From the NCBI RefSeq assembly GCF_008000775.2, contig NZ_CP042905.2, positions 3,570,001-3,602,000 on the forward strand: 32,000 nt of DNA, given 5' to 3'. Of this stretch, positions 16,563-26,441 are shown one piece after another. The notes below the pieces were generated by a model. The model was not told the DNA's origin. It did not search any database and worked only from the letters and a program-made list of their open reading frames with translations. How positions within the stretch are numbered: the stretch's first letter is position 1; each line of letters opens with the position of its first letter. This stretch comes from Promethearchaeum syntrophicum. Its GTDB lineage: Archaea; Asgardarchaeota; Lokiarchaeia; Sigyniarchaeales; Promethearchaeaceae. Made by a program: the position numbers and the translations under genes.

Positions 16563-17830
16563 ACGAAATATATCTTAAAAAATTATTTCAAGCATATTAT
16601 CGAGCACATGCAAAAGAATTTCCAGAAATCTCTACATTCCAGCAAAGAGAATTTGCTTTTTTATCTTGGGATCATAAAGGAATGGTTCGTCATATGCAAT
16701 TTCCTTCTAATAAATACTTAATTCGGCATCTTATTACAACTGCCCCAAGACATTCCTATCATAGTGCCACGTATTACGAGCGACCCGGAGCGGAAACTAT
16801 GGATCAAAAAGGATACATATCATGTGATTTCGTAGTTGATATCGATGCAGATCATATTCCTACTAATTGTAGACAAAATCATGATTATGCAATTTGTAAA
16901 GCATGCGGTGCATTTTTTCAAGGAGAAAAGCCTTTAAAATGCTCGAAATGTGATGGTACCAAATTTGATAAAATATCATGGATTTGCGATGAATGTTTAG
17001 AAGTTTCTAAGAAGCAAGTTTTTAATTTAATAGAAAACTTCCTACTATCTGATTTTTCTATTCCTATTGAGGATATTAACCTATATTTTTCAGGACATAG
17101 AGGTTATCATGTACATTTAAAAACTAAGGCCTTTTTGGATTTAGATCAAGATGCACGCCGCGAGATTTCAGATTATGTAACTGGAGAAGGATTTTCATTT
17201 AAAATATGGGATTATAAAATGATCCAAAATAATATGATGGGATTTTCAATCGATGATCCAGGTTGGGCAGGAAAAATTGCTAAAGAACTTTATAATATTT
17301 TAGTCTTAGGGGAACCTAGAATAAAAGAAGTCTTTGAAAATCCAATTTATGGTAAAAAACTGAGTACTTCATTAATTAACATAATAATTTCAAACAGACA
17401 ATATCTTATTAAACAAATATCTGATAAAAGGAAAATTTGGCAAGTTGCTGGAATAGGTGAGAAAACTTGGATTAGAATATTTGAAATTTTGCGAGATCGA
17501 ATTAAAGCCGATATTGATGTTGTAGTTAGTATAGATTTACATCGATTGATCAGGTTAGAAGGCACTCTTCATGGAAAAACGGGATTTAAAGTTATGAAAA
17601 TAAAATACGATAATCTGAAAGATTTTGATCCATTAAAGGATGCTTTATCGTTTCCCGATGATCAAGATAATACATTAGATATTGAGATATCAGCACCAAT
17701 ATCACCTAAAATTAGAATTGGGGATACTAACTACGGTCCATATAACCTAGGTGAGAAATTAAAACTCCCTCTGAACGCGGCATTATTTTTACTGTGTAAA
17801 GAAGTTGCTCAAATTAAACCTCCCTCGTAA
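16559..17830 (+). CDS. priS: DNA primase small (catalytic) subunit; proposed AUA start at 16559 (ORF track starts at 16682)
   Basis: Catalytic DFVVDIDADH and SGHRGYHVHL, zinc-binding cysteines, WICDECL. In-frame upstream sequence reads (I/M)NEIYLKKLFQAYYRAHAKEFPEISTFQQREFAFLSWDHKGMVRHMQF, which is conserved PriS N-terminal sequence. There is no ATG/GTG/TTG between the in-frame stop at 16535 and 16682. GGAGG lies at 16544-16548. Confidence 0.93.
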   Translation: MNEIYLKKLFQAYYRAHAKEFPEISTFQQREFAFLSWDHKGMVRHMQFPSNKYLIRHLITTAPRHSYHSATYYERPGAETMDQKGYISCDFVVDIDADHIPTNCRQNHDYAICKACGAFFQGEKPLKCSKCDGTKFDKISWICDECLEVSKKQVFNLIENFLLSDFSIPIEDINLYFSGHRGYHVHLKTKAFLDLDQDARREISDYVTGEGFSFKIWDYKMIQNNMMGFSIDDPGWAGKIAKELYNILVLGEPRIKEVFENPIYGKKLSTSLINIIISNRQYLIKQISDKRKIWQVAGIGEKTWIRIFEILRDRIKADIDVVVSIDLHRLIRLEGTLHGKTGFKVMKIKYDNLKDFDPLKDALSFPDDQDNTLDIEISAPISPKIRIGDTNYGPYNLGEKLKLPLNAALFLLCKEVAQIKPPS

Positions 17831-17900
17831 TGTTGCTCAATTAACACAAACCTACAAAAATAATCCGACACTAAAATAAACGGGAATAAAACGAACTGAA

Positions 17901-18626
17901 ATGGATAAAACTCAAGAAGAAATTTATATGTTTTTATTTCGAGTATGGAAAATCGAAGCAACAAGTAATAAAATCGGAATTATTAAGGATAAAGAAAATT
18001 TTTTGAAGGAAATTCAATTTTTAATTTCAAAAATCAAAGAAACGATAGAGAAAAGCGAGAAAAAAGAGAAAGTTATTCAAAGAATCCAAGAAAAAACTCT
18101 TGAAAATATCTTGTATATGGTAAAAGATTTCTATGATATTCGTTCAGAAAAAATTCTGAAATTATGTCGCTCGTTACAAAAAATAGATGAATTAATCCTT
18201 TTTCCAGTTGAACAAGATTATTATAAACAACTCTTTGCGGCCTTTAAAGGAGATTCGAAAACTAAAAAATTTCTATTAGCAAGTATTGAAAATAATCATA
18301 GTATCCCCAATAAGATTATTGATGAAAAAGGGATTTCACATAATAAAATTGACCAGATAAATTCAAACTCGATAGAAATAGTAGAATCAAATGAATTAGC
18401 AATCATTGAAGAAAATACTGAGATTAAAACAAATCAAAGGGTTAAGAAGAACAAAGATATCGAATATATTTTAATCCGATTTACTAAAAATATCCCAGCA
18501 TTAGTTGGAAAAGATCTTAAAATTTACGGCCCATTCCAAAAAGAGGATATTGTCCATTTACCAACTCAAAACGCTTCAATTTTAATTGAAGAAGAAGCCG
18601 CAATTAAAATTAATCCAGAATCTTGA
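17901..18626 (+). CDS. GINS complex subunit, Gins51/Gins15-like
   Basis: Helical N-terminal region plus a C-terminal B-domain pattern YILIRFTKNIPALVGKDLKIYGPFQKEDIVHLPTQNASILIEEEAAIKI. Located directly after priS. Confidence 0.83.
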   Translation: MDKTQEEIYMFLFRVWKIEATSNKIGIIKDKENFLKEIQFLISKIKETIEKSEKKEKVIQRIQEKTLENILYMVKDFYDIRSEKILKLCRSLQKIDELILFPVEQDYYKQLFAAFKGDSKTKKFLLASIENNHSIPNKIIDEKGISHNKIDQINSNSIEIVESNELAIIEENTEIKTNQRVKKNKDIEYILIRFTKNIPALVGKDLKIYGPFQKEDIVHLPTQNASILIEEEAAIKINPES

Positions 18627-18798
18627 ATTTTTTCTGCATTTTTTCTTTAAAATAAGGAATTCGATATTGTTGGTATTTATCCTCAAGTGAAAACCTAGGA
18701 GGATCTGTTTTTTCTAACGCCTCTCCACAAAAATTACATTTTTCTTCGGCAATAGTATATTGCTTGCATTTCATACAGCGCTTTAAGTGTGATGGCAT
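18610..18798 (-). CDS. nop10: H/ACA RNP complex protein Nop10
   Basis: 62 aa: MPSHLKRCMKCKQYTIAEEKCNFCGEALEKTDPPRFSLEDKYQQYRI. Canonical Nop10. Tail-to-tail overlap with the GINS gene. Confidence 0.95.
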   Translation of the reverse strand: MPSHLKRCMKCKQYTIAEEKCNFCGEALEKTDPPRFSLEDKYQQYRIPYFKEKMQKKFKILD

Positions 18799-18810
18799 AA
18801 TGTTTACCTT

Positions 18811-19623
18811 CTATTCTCTTATCATTTCAACGGTGCCTTGAGTTCCAATTATTGATTCCATTTTATTTTTGATTTTTGTTAGATGATGTTCTGCCGATGG
18901 GTAGTCTTTTGCTTCCAATTCACATCGATACACGGGAGCACCACTATAAGAAAATTTAGTTGAAATACCTTTTGCTTTTCGTAGCTTAACTGAAGAGGCA
19001 ACGGCTTCCTTAATGAGATCAATACCGTTTCCTGTTGGAACCTGTATTTGGAATTCTACATTGATATTTACTTTTGAAATCGTTACATTTTCTAAGATGA
19101 GTTGATATAAAGCTTCGATTAATTCATCAGATAATTCCATTTTTGGAATATTTTTTAATACTTCAATACCTTCTTCTTTTACTTCTTCAAAAGCAGTTCG
19201 TAAATCCCCGTATTCATCAATAATGGCCCACAATGCTTTTTCATAAAGATCTTTTATTGTTAAATTATTAGATTCTGCGAAAAATTTCAAGAGTCCTTCC
19301 AATTTGATTGAATAACGCCAAGCACTCATTGTTTTAGTGCGTTGAACTTTATTTACTCGCCTTAAACTAAGATCTAAATACCCTCTCTCCTCATTAACTC
19401 GAAGTACCGATAAAACGACCCGCTGGCCTACAGAGATAATAGAATTGATGTTTTTAACCCATCTGTTACTTAATTCTTTAATATGAATCATTCCGGATGC
19501 ATGTTCTTCATGATTTAATCCTCCATAATCCTCTAACGAAACTCGGACGTAAACCCTATCAACATTTTTAACTTGGCAAACAACTAATTCCCCTATAACT
19601 GGAAATGGATTTCGATTTAGCAT
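18811..19623 (-). CDS. translation initiation factor aIF2 alpha subunit
   Basis: FPVIGELVVCQVKNVDRVYVRVSLEDYGGLNHEEHASGMIHIKELSNRWVKNINSIISVGQRVVLSVLRVNEERGYLDLSLRRV is the S1 domain of aIF2-alpha. Confidence 0.97.
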   Translation of the reverse strand: MLNRNPFPVIGELVVCQVKNVDRVYVRVSLEDYGGLNHEEHASGMIHIKELSNRWVKNINSIISVGQRVVLSVLRVNEERGYLDLSLRRVNKVQRTKTMSAWRYSIKLEGLLKFFAESNNLTIKDLYEKALWAIIDEYGDLRTAFEEVKEEGIEVLKNIPKMELSDELIEALYQLILENVTISKVNINVEFQIQVPTGNGIDLIKEAVASSVKLRKAKGISTKFSYSGAPVYRCELEAKDYPSAEHHLTKIKNKMESIIGTQGTVEMIRE

Positions 19624-19781
19624 AATTTTTCTCTCTTATTTTTTGGAAATTCACTGATTTGAACAAAATCCTTAAAGACAGCAGACTTGTGGATGTTTTC
19701 TAAGATTTTTAACTTGCGTTCTTTATCAGCAATTAGTGAAGTCAAACAAAGGAAAAAAAGTTTTCCATATTAATATTAAAT

Positions 19782-20657
19782 TTATTTGAGAATATTGAGC
19801 CCGTCTGGAGTTTCAAATACAAATTTAGTAGAGATCTGAGAAAGAACTGCATTATCAAGAGGAAGATTATTTTCGAGCATTTTTCTTATTTCGGGATCTA
19901 CTTCACGTATTAAACGTTCTAATTGATCGGATGAAAGGCTTTTTGTGTCGGTAATATAATCTTGAGCAAGTTCCAAGATATTCTTTCTATAATATTCGTG
20001 TAAAATATCAAGCCTTTCTGGAATGAAAAGTAAATTTTGGAGATGGTATCCGTAAATCCATCTATCTTTATAAAACTCATAATTCGAGTCCCATTCTCTA
20101 TGTTGGAGACTATATCTGTTTTCTTTTTGAAAAACTAAATTATGAACGTTATCAACCCATTTATGAAGGTTTAACGGATTATATGTAGCGGCAATTTCGG
20201 GATTTAGTGAATCGTAGAAGAGGTGTCGCCCTTTTTCAGTGAGTTTTAAAGTGTTATCTTGGGGTCCGTCATCATCATAAAGAAAATAAGCAATAAGGAT
20301 TGATTGGAGTGATAATCTAGAGATTCCACCAAGAGAATGGATGGTGCAATTTTGAAGGATGAGTCTTGGATTTTTAGGAGATCGGGACACATTATCAAGG
20401 TTGATTCCTTCGAATGAAGCAATAATGGAATCTCGGATGAATAAGGTTTTAAAATTGACGGGAATTCCGCGAAAATTATCGATATGACAATGAGAGAGGT
20501 GTATAGTCTCAAGATTGTTCATTAAAGGTAAAGTTTCAAAATTTATAAAATCTGAATTTTCAATATATAATTTATCAGCATTCCCCAAATCTTTTAGATG
20601 ATTAAATGTGTTTTTATTACTAATACGTATACTTTCATGGCGAATTTTATCGTTCAA
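19782..20657 (-). CDS. protein with short leucine-rich-repeat-like N-terminal region; C-terminal domain unknown
   Basis: LRR-like spacing: ADKLYIENSDFINFETLPLMNNLETIHLSHCHIDNFRGIPVNFKTLFIRDSIIASFEGINLDNV...RLILQNCTIHSLGGISRLSLQ. Confidence 0.65.
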   Translation of the reverse strand: MNDKIRHESIRISNKNTFNHLKDLGNADKLYIENSDFINFETLPLMNNLETIHLSHCHIDNFRGIPVNFKTLFIRDSIIASFEGINLDNVSRSPKNPRLILQNCTIHSLGGISRLSLQSILIAYFLYDDDGPQDNTLKLTEKGRHLFYDSLNPEIAATYNPLNLHKWVDNVHNLVFQKENRYSLQHREWDSNYEFYKDRWIYGYHLQNLLFIPERLDILHEYYRKNILELAQDYITDTKSLSSDQLERLIREVDPEIRKMLENNLPLDNAVLSQISTKFVFETPDGLNILK

Positions 20658-20783
20658 ATTTTATCCCTCTTTAAATATTTAAAGAAATTTTGGGTATTTA
20701 AGTTAATACTAAAAAATAAAATTCAAATATTAAGTGCTTGGGCAAAAATACTCTGCAAATTCTTTGAAGAAATTCAAATTTTT

Positions 20784-21179
20784 ATGAAAAATATCCCCAC
20801 ATTATTAATAGAAAGAGATTTCAAGATGGAATTTGAATCATTGAAGGGGAGAAAGAAAAAAATCAAACCAAAGCCCACAAAAAAAGTTGGGTTGGATTCT
20901 TTTACTCCCGATACACCAGATAATATTGAAAATAACATTGAAGAAGCAATAATATGTTTATGCTCTTTTATTAATACCAAAATTAAAAAATTTAAACGTT
21001 ATGATATTCTCCAAAGAGATTTACTAAAGGAAATAAAAAGTAAATATCCTTTAGTGAAAAACAATTTCGAAAGAAATTTTCCAAAATATATTAAAGAACT
21101 TAGGAAAAATGCTCAAATCGAGATTAACGAGATGCCTGATGGTAGAAGTAGAATTATCAAAACTTTAGATTGGGATTAA
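20784..21179 (+). CDS. hypothetical protein (basic linker plus charged C-terminal domain)
   Basis: In-frame part of ORF 20598..21179. The first ~60 codons overlap the opposite-strand gene and look non-genuine, so a start at 20784 or 20826 is favoured. Confidence 0.5.
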   Translation: MKNIPTLLIERDFKMEFESLKGRKKKIKPKPTKKVGLDSFTPDTPDNIENNIEEAIICLCSFINTKIKKFKRYDILQRDLLKEIKSKYPLVKNNFERNFPKYIKELRKNAQIEINEMPDGRSRIIKTLDWD

Positions 21180-21472
21180 GAGGAAAGCATGAATATTTTA
21201 CTCAATAAATTTCAATAAAGAAAAAATTATTCTAACTATTTTTAACTAAATGTCCCCTCCATTGTATTTTAAATACAAAACATTTGCCTTCTATTCCAAG
21301 TTGGATAAAAAATAGCAATCATTTCTCGGACTTTATATTTTTTTTTAAGATTTTTCAGACTACCTCCCTAATCACAATTTGTTTTTATAAAGATCTATCT
21401 GCTACTTTAATCTGTTCTACTGTGACTCCTTTCTGGTAGAAATAGGTTCAAAAAAAAAATATCGAAAACTTT

Positions 21473-21865
21473 TTGGAGAAGGATTTATCTGAAAAGGAAA
21501 ATACGGAATTTAATTATTTTAAGTTTGAATTTGAAGAATATATCAATAGTGGTGAAGTTTCTGATGCGGATATTTTCAAATTTTCAACTGATGAGAAGAT
21601 AGAAGTTTTCAGATTAGCTAATGAAACGGGATCATTTCATTTTGTTATTAATGAAATGTCTTACGAAACCCTTCCCTACATAATTAATCGTGATTTTAGT
21701 TTTGTATTAAATTATTTGATTAGGAGAGCGAGTTTTGGATTTGTGTGTCATTTGGAGAAAATTTTACCAGAAATGAATCTAAAGATATCGCAATTGAAGA
21801 ATGTTGAATTTCCCGAGTACGAGCCACAAAGAAAATATGAAATAAATCTGGAATATGGAAGATAA
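21473..21865 (+). CDS. hypothetical acidic protein
   Basis: 130-aa ORF with protein-like composition. Its start is outside any other gene. No recognised family. Confidence 0.5.
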   Translation: MEKDLSEKENTEFNYFKFEFEEYINSGEVSDADIFKFSTDEKIEVFRLANETGSFHFVINEMSYETLPYIINRDFSFVLNYLIRRASFGFVCHLEKILPEMNLKISQLKNVEFPEYEPQRKYEINLEYGR

Positions 21866-22299
21866 TTTTTTACAAATCAGCATCAATTAAATTATCTCTG
21901 GGGGGCGAAAATTTATAGTCAGAAATGGGGAAAAGACAGGATGAAGTCGAGATATTATGTCGTTTCCTCCAATGCAATGAACGGAATTAAAAAGATCTCT
22001 AAGGGAAAAGCCTATAACGTGGCGGATATTCGTACTGATATTGCCAGGATTTTACGGTATTAAAATTCCTAATTTTTAGTTTTACGCTTTTTGAGATTCA
22101 AAAAAATTATTTTATGTAATTTTTTCTTAAATCGTTCTTCCTTTTCGTTTCAAGGATTTTACTTTTTAGGCTAAAATCCACTCAATTATTTAATTGTTTT
22201 GATGAAAATGATCTTTTTTTTTTAACAATTCGACAAAATTTATATTTTCCTTAGTTTTATATATTATTAGTCTTATTTTATTATGAAAAGTGATAATAT

Positions 22300-22758
22300 A
22301 TGGAAAAAATAAATAATAAACCACACATTGATTTAATTGATAGAAACATTTTAACAATTTTGAAAGGGGATGCTCGTACTTCTTATCGTCAAATAGCAGA
22401 TGATATAGGGAAAACTGAGGCAACAGTTCGAAGAAGGGTCAATAGATTAATTGAAGAGAATATTATAAGGAAGTTTACAATTGTTTTAGATGAAAAAAAG
22501 ATGGACAATCCCACGAAAGCAACTATAAAAATTCAACCAGATCTGAATCAGATAAAAAATATTACACAGAAACTAATTGAAATTAATGAAATCACAGACA
22601 TTTTTCGATTAAGTGGTGATTGTGGATTATTTATTAAAGTGGAATTGCCTTCATTGGAACATCTAGATCCCTTAATTGAAGATAAAATTTCACAAATTCC
22701 AGGAGTAACAGTTAAAGAAACTTGTTTTATTACCAAAGAAGTAAAGACAAAGTATTAA
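22300..22758 (+). CDS. Lrp/AsnC family transcriptional regulator
   Basis: DLIDRNILTILKGDARTSYRQIADDIGKTEATVRRRVNRLIEENIIRKFTIVLDEKKM is a canonical AsnC-type HTH, followed by a RAM-like domain. Confidence 0.93.
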   Translation: MEKINNKPHIDLIDRNILTILKGDARTSYRQIADDIGKTEATVRRRVNRLIEENIIRKFTIVLDEKKMDNPTKATIKIQPDLNQIKNITQKLIEINEITDIFRLSGDCGLFIKVELPSLEHLDPLIEDKISQIPGVTVKETCFITKEVKTKY

Positions 22759-22783
22759 ATTTATTAATTTTTCAAATTTTTTC

Positions 22784-23854
<1,071 letters not shown>

Positions 23855-23987
23855 GTATGTTCATCTTGAATTTAAGATTTCTGGAAGAATTTTCAAAGTG
23901 GAATTTGATAATTGAATTTATGTAGAATCATATCAAAGAGTTGATTCTTATTTTATATTTGATTACTTCTTATTTATTCTTATAAGA

Positions 23988-24404
23988 ATGAAATCTTTTC
24001 GCAAAGAATTATGGTTTAATGCTCCAAGTAGAAGAGCGTTCATTAATATTACTCCTCAAATTGAACAATGTCTTAAAGAAAGTGAAATTAAAGAAGGAAT
24101 TGTGCTCGTAAATGCCATGCACATAACTGCATCTGTGTTTATAAATGATGATGAATCGGGATTGCATTATGATTATGAAGTTTGGCTTGAAAAATTAGCC
24201 CCCCACGAACCTGTTTCTTATTACAAGCATAACGTTGGCGAAGATAATGCGGACGCTCATATGAAACGTCAAATTATGGGACGCGAAGTAGTAGTAGCAA
24301 TAACCAATGGAAAATTAGATTTTGGTCCTTGGGAGCAAATTTTTTATGGTGAATTTGATGGAAGAAGAAGGAAAAGAGTTCTGGTCAAAATCATAGGAGA
24401 TTAA
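23988..24404 (+). CDS. YjbQ family (UPF0047) protein
   Basis: [53 protein letters not shown]...[40 protein letters not shown]. Confidence 0.92.
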   Translation: MKSFRKELWFNAPSRRAFINITPQIEQCLKESEIKEGIVLVNAMHITASVFINDDESGLHYDYEVWLEKLAPHEPVSYYKHNVGEDNADAHMKRQIMGREVVVAITNGKLDFGPWEQIFYGEFDGRRRKRVLVKIIGD

Positions 24405-24715
24405 CAGCAACTATTATCCCCACAACCAAAGTTGTCTTTCGATTTATTTTTACTGTAGGTCTTAGCATCCCATAAACAACCGCACCCTTTCACTTCTTTC
24501 ATAAATATTGCTTGAACCGGACAATTTCTTTTACACGCACTACATTCCGTACACAAATCGGGATGAGTGATTTCATATTTATCTTTGGAATTTCTTTCTG
24601 GTAAGCCAAATGGGCAAACTTCTTCGCATATACCACAGGAAATGCATAAACTTGCATCTATGTATATCTTTACATCCATATCTATTTTTTTATTCATCAA
24701 ATTTGTAAATTCCAT
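24401..24715 (-). CDS. HgcB-like 2x[4Fe-4S] ferredoxin with Cys-rich C-terminal tail
   Basis: [14 protein letters not shown] and [16 protein letters not shown], then a tail with GCGC and a terminal Cys-Cys ([30 protein letters not shown]). Directly downstream of the HgcA-like gene. Confidence 0.8.
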   Translation of the reverse strand: MEFTNLMNKKIDMDVKIYIDASLCISCGICEEVCPFGLPERNSKDKYEITHPDLCTECSACKRNCPVQAIFMKEVKGCGCLWDAKTYSKNKSKDNFGCGDNSCC

Positions 24716-24741
24716 TTTCTTCTTTCCTTTTTAATCATGAA

Positions 24742-26394
24742 TTATAAAAAATATAGTCCAACTGATGAGAAAATAATACTTATTATCAATAAAATAACCT
24801 GAATTTTATTAAAGTATGGATATTCATCTCTTATTTCTGTTGGACTTGTGCTAAATGTATATCCACTAAAAGACATTGTTGAGAAGAAAGCTAACCAGAA
24901 ATAAAGAAAAATATTCAGTAACATAAAAAGAATTGAATTGTGGAGAATGTATGTTATGATACTCAATACAATAATATTAATTACTCCAATGGTTGCTCCT
25001 TTCACCATAAATTTCCGCGTAAAATTGAAAATCGGGTAGGGGATACAAATCAATATATTTGTAATGGCAATATATAACCAAAATTCTCCGATAAACCACA
25101 TTTTATCAAACATTTGAAAGAAAATCAACCCTAAACATAACAAAAGTGTTGGTTTTAAGAAAATTTTTCTATAAGAAAATGTTAAATGTGTGATTCCTGC
25201 TAGTATTCTATGAAATAGTGAAAAATTAATTTTTTTCATAGATTTTGGTTTTACTATATACTTTTTTTCAAGATATTCCGGGATATCCTTTGCCCAAATT
25301 GGACCGTAATAAAGTTTAAAAGGGAAATATGGCACATCAGTTATCAGTTGAGGAATCGCAATTCCCCCAGCAGATAATTGTGGGAGGATAATTTTACGCT
25401 GTTGTGTTTTTTCTTCAATATTTGTTGCTTTAATAGCTTCAATTAATTGTTTATTACCAAAGTTATCTCCGCGCGCACCACACCATACATTAATCCCATT
25501 ACTATCAACACATAATACCCAAGCATCAATTTTTTGAATTTTTTTCATAAAGCGAATATAGGTATAATCATAATTAGACGTTACTAATATTGGAGATTTT
25601 GAATTTGGGTTTCCAGATTGATATATTCCTGGTTCAATAGGTACAGGATCCACTTGACCAGTTAAAATACATCGCATGGAGCGAAATATTGCACTTAATC
25701 CAGAAAAAGATTTTTTAGGAGGAGTATAATAACCAGGACCCGAATTTTTCTTTAATTCTTCCTTAACTATTTCCAATACTTTAATGGAACCTTGTTTCCA
25801 ATTTTCTTCATTAATTATTTTATATCCAATAGGACCAAGATATTTTGAAAACCATTTGAGAGGAAGTGTTTTTCCACTTTTTTTTCCAGTTTTTTTTTTA
25901 TAAAACCAGCGTTCTAAGATAAATTTGATTTTTGAAAAGCCTGATGGCACAAATTCTGCAGCTAAATAAAGTCTTCCATTTGGTTTTAATAATTTCCATG
26001 CCTCTCGTAAAAAAATCTGCTGTTCTAAGGGTCGAAGTTCTGAAAGCATGAACGTGCTAACAATCACATCAAATTGTTCTGGTTTGGTGAAATCATCTAT
26101 TATTGAACCTTTAAGAAAGGAAAGTGAATTTTTTATTTCAGATGAGATATTGTTATTTGCCACACGAACCATTTTAGGATTTTTATCAATTCCAAGAACA
26201 AATGCACCTTTCTGAGCTAATTTTCTAGATAATTGACCTGGACCACAACCAACATCCATAACTTTCTCATCTGAGTGAATCCTTTCCACAATCCAATCTT
26301 GCACTTGTAAATTTATTCCTTTCGTGAGTTTAGTAAAATTTACATCATAAATAGTTGGGGTTTCTTCCAACTTTCGCATATATACAACTGCCAA
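24742..26394 (-). CDS. fusion: N-terminal class I SAM-dependent methyltransferase domain + HgcA-like corrinoid-binding and C-terminal transmembrane domain (likely ATG start at 26379)
   Basis: MT motif I (VMDVGCGPGQLSRKLAQKGAFVLGIDKNPKMV). HgcA-like IEPGIYQSGNPNSKSPILVTSNYDYTYIRFMKKIQKIDAWVLCVDSNGINVWCGARGDNFG, KIILPQLSAGGIAIPQL, YGPIWAKDIPEYLEKKYIVKPKSMKKINF, several TM segments, and FSGYTFSTSPTEI. Confidence 0.85.
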   Translation of the reverse strand: MAVVYMRKLEETPTIYDVNFTKLTKGINLQVQDWIVERIHSDEKVMDVGCGPGQLSRKLAQKGAFVLGIDKNPKMVRVANNNISSEIKNSLSFLKGSIIDDFTKPEQFDVIVSTFMLSELRPLEQQIFLREAWKLLKPNGRLYLAAEFVPSGFSKIKFILERWFYKKKTGKKSGKTLPLKWFSKYLGPIGYKIINEENWKQGSIKVLEIVKEELKKNSGPGYYTPPKKSFSGLSAIFRSMRCILTGQVDPVPIEPGIYQSGNPNSKSPILVTSNYDYTYIRFMKKIQKIDAWVLCVDSNGINVWCGARGDNFGNKQLIEAIKATNIEEKTQQRKIILPQLSAGGIAIPQLITDVPYFPFKLYYGPIWAKDIPEYLEKKYIVKPKSMKKINFSLFHRILAGITHLTFSYRKIFLKPTLLLCLGLIFFQMFDKMWFIGEFWLYIAITNILICIPYPIFNFTRKFMVKGATIGVINIIVLSIITYILHNSILFMLLNIFLYFWLAFFSTMSFSGYTFSTSPTEIRDEYPYFNKIQVILLIISIIFSSVGLYFL

Positions 26395-26441
26395 TTAAGA
26401 TCTCTCTTCTTTTATTTTCTTCTTAATGATAAATATAGTAT

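Noticed and set aside
14426-17565. ORFs 14426..14710 (+), 16201..16473 (+), 17347..17565 (-)
   Set aside because: Embedded in the hydrolase, priL and priS genes, which have clear motif support.
20598-20783. N-terminal ~60 codons of ORF 20598..21179
   Set aside because: Hydrophobic/low-complexity extension overlapping the start of the LRR gene. The downstream ATGs give a more protein-like product.
24401-24404. Shared palindromic stop TTAA between yjbQ-like and ferredoxin genes
   Set aside because: Compact tail-to-tail arrangement; the palindrome simply provides both stops.
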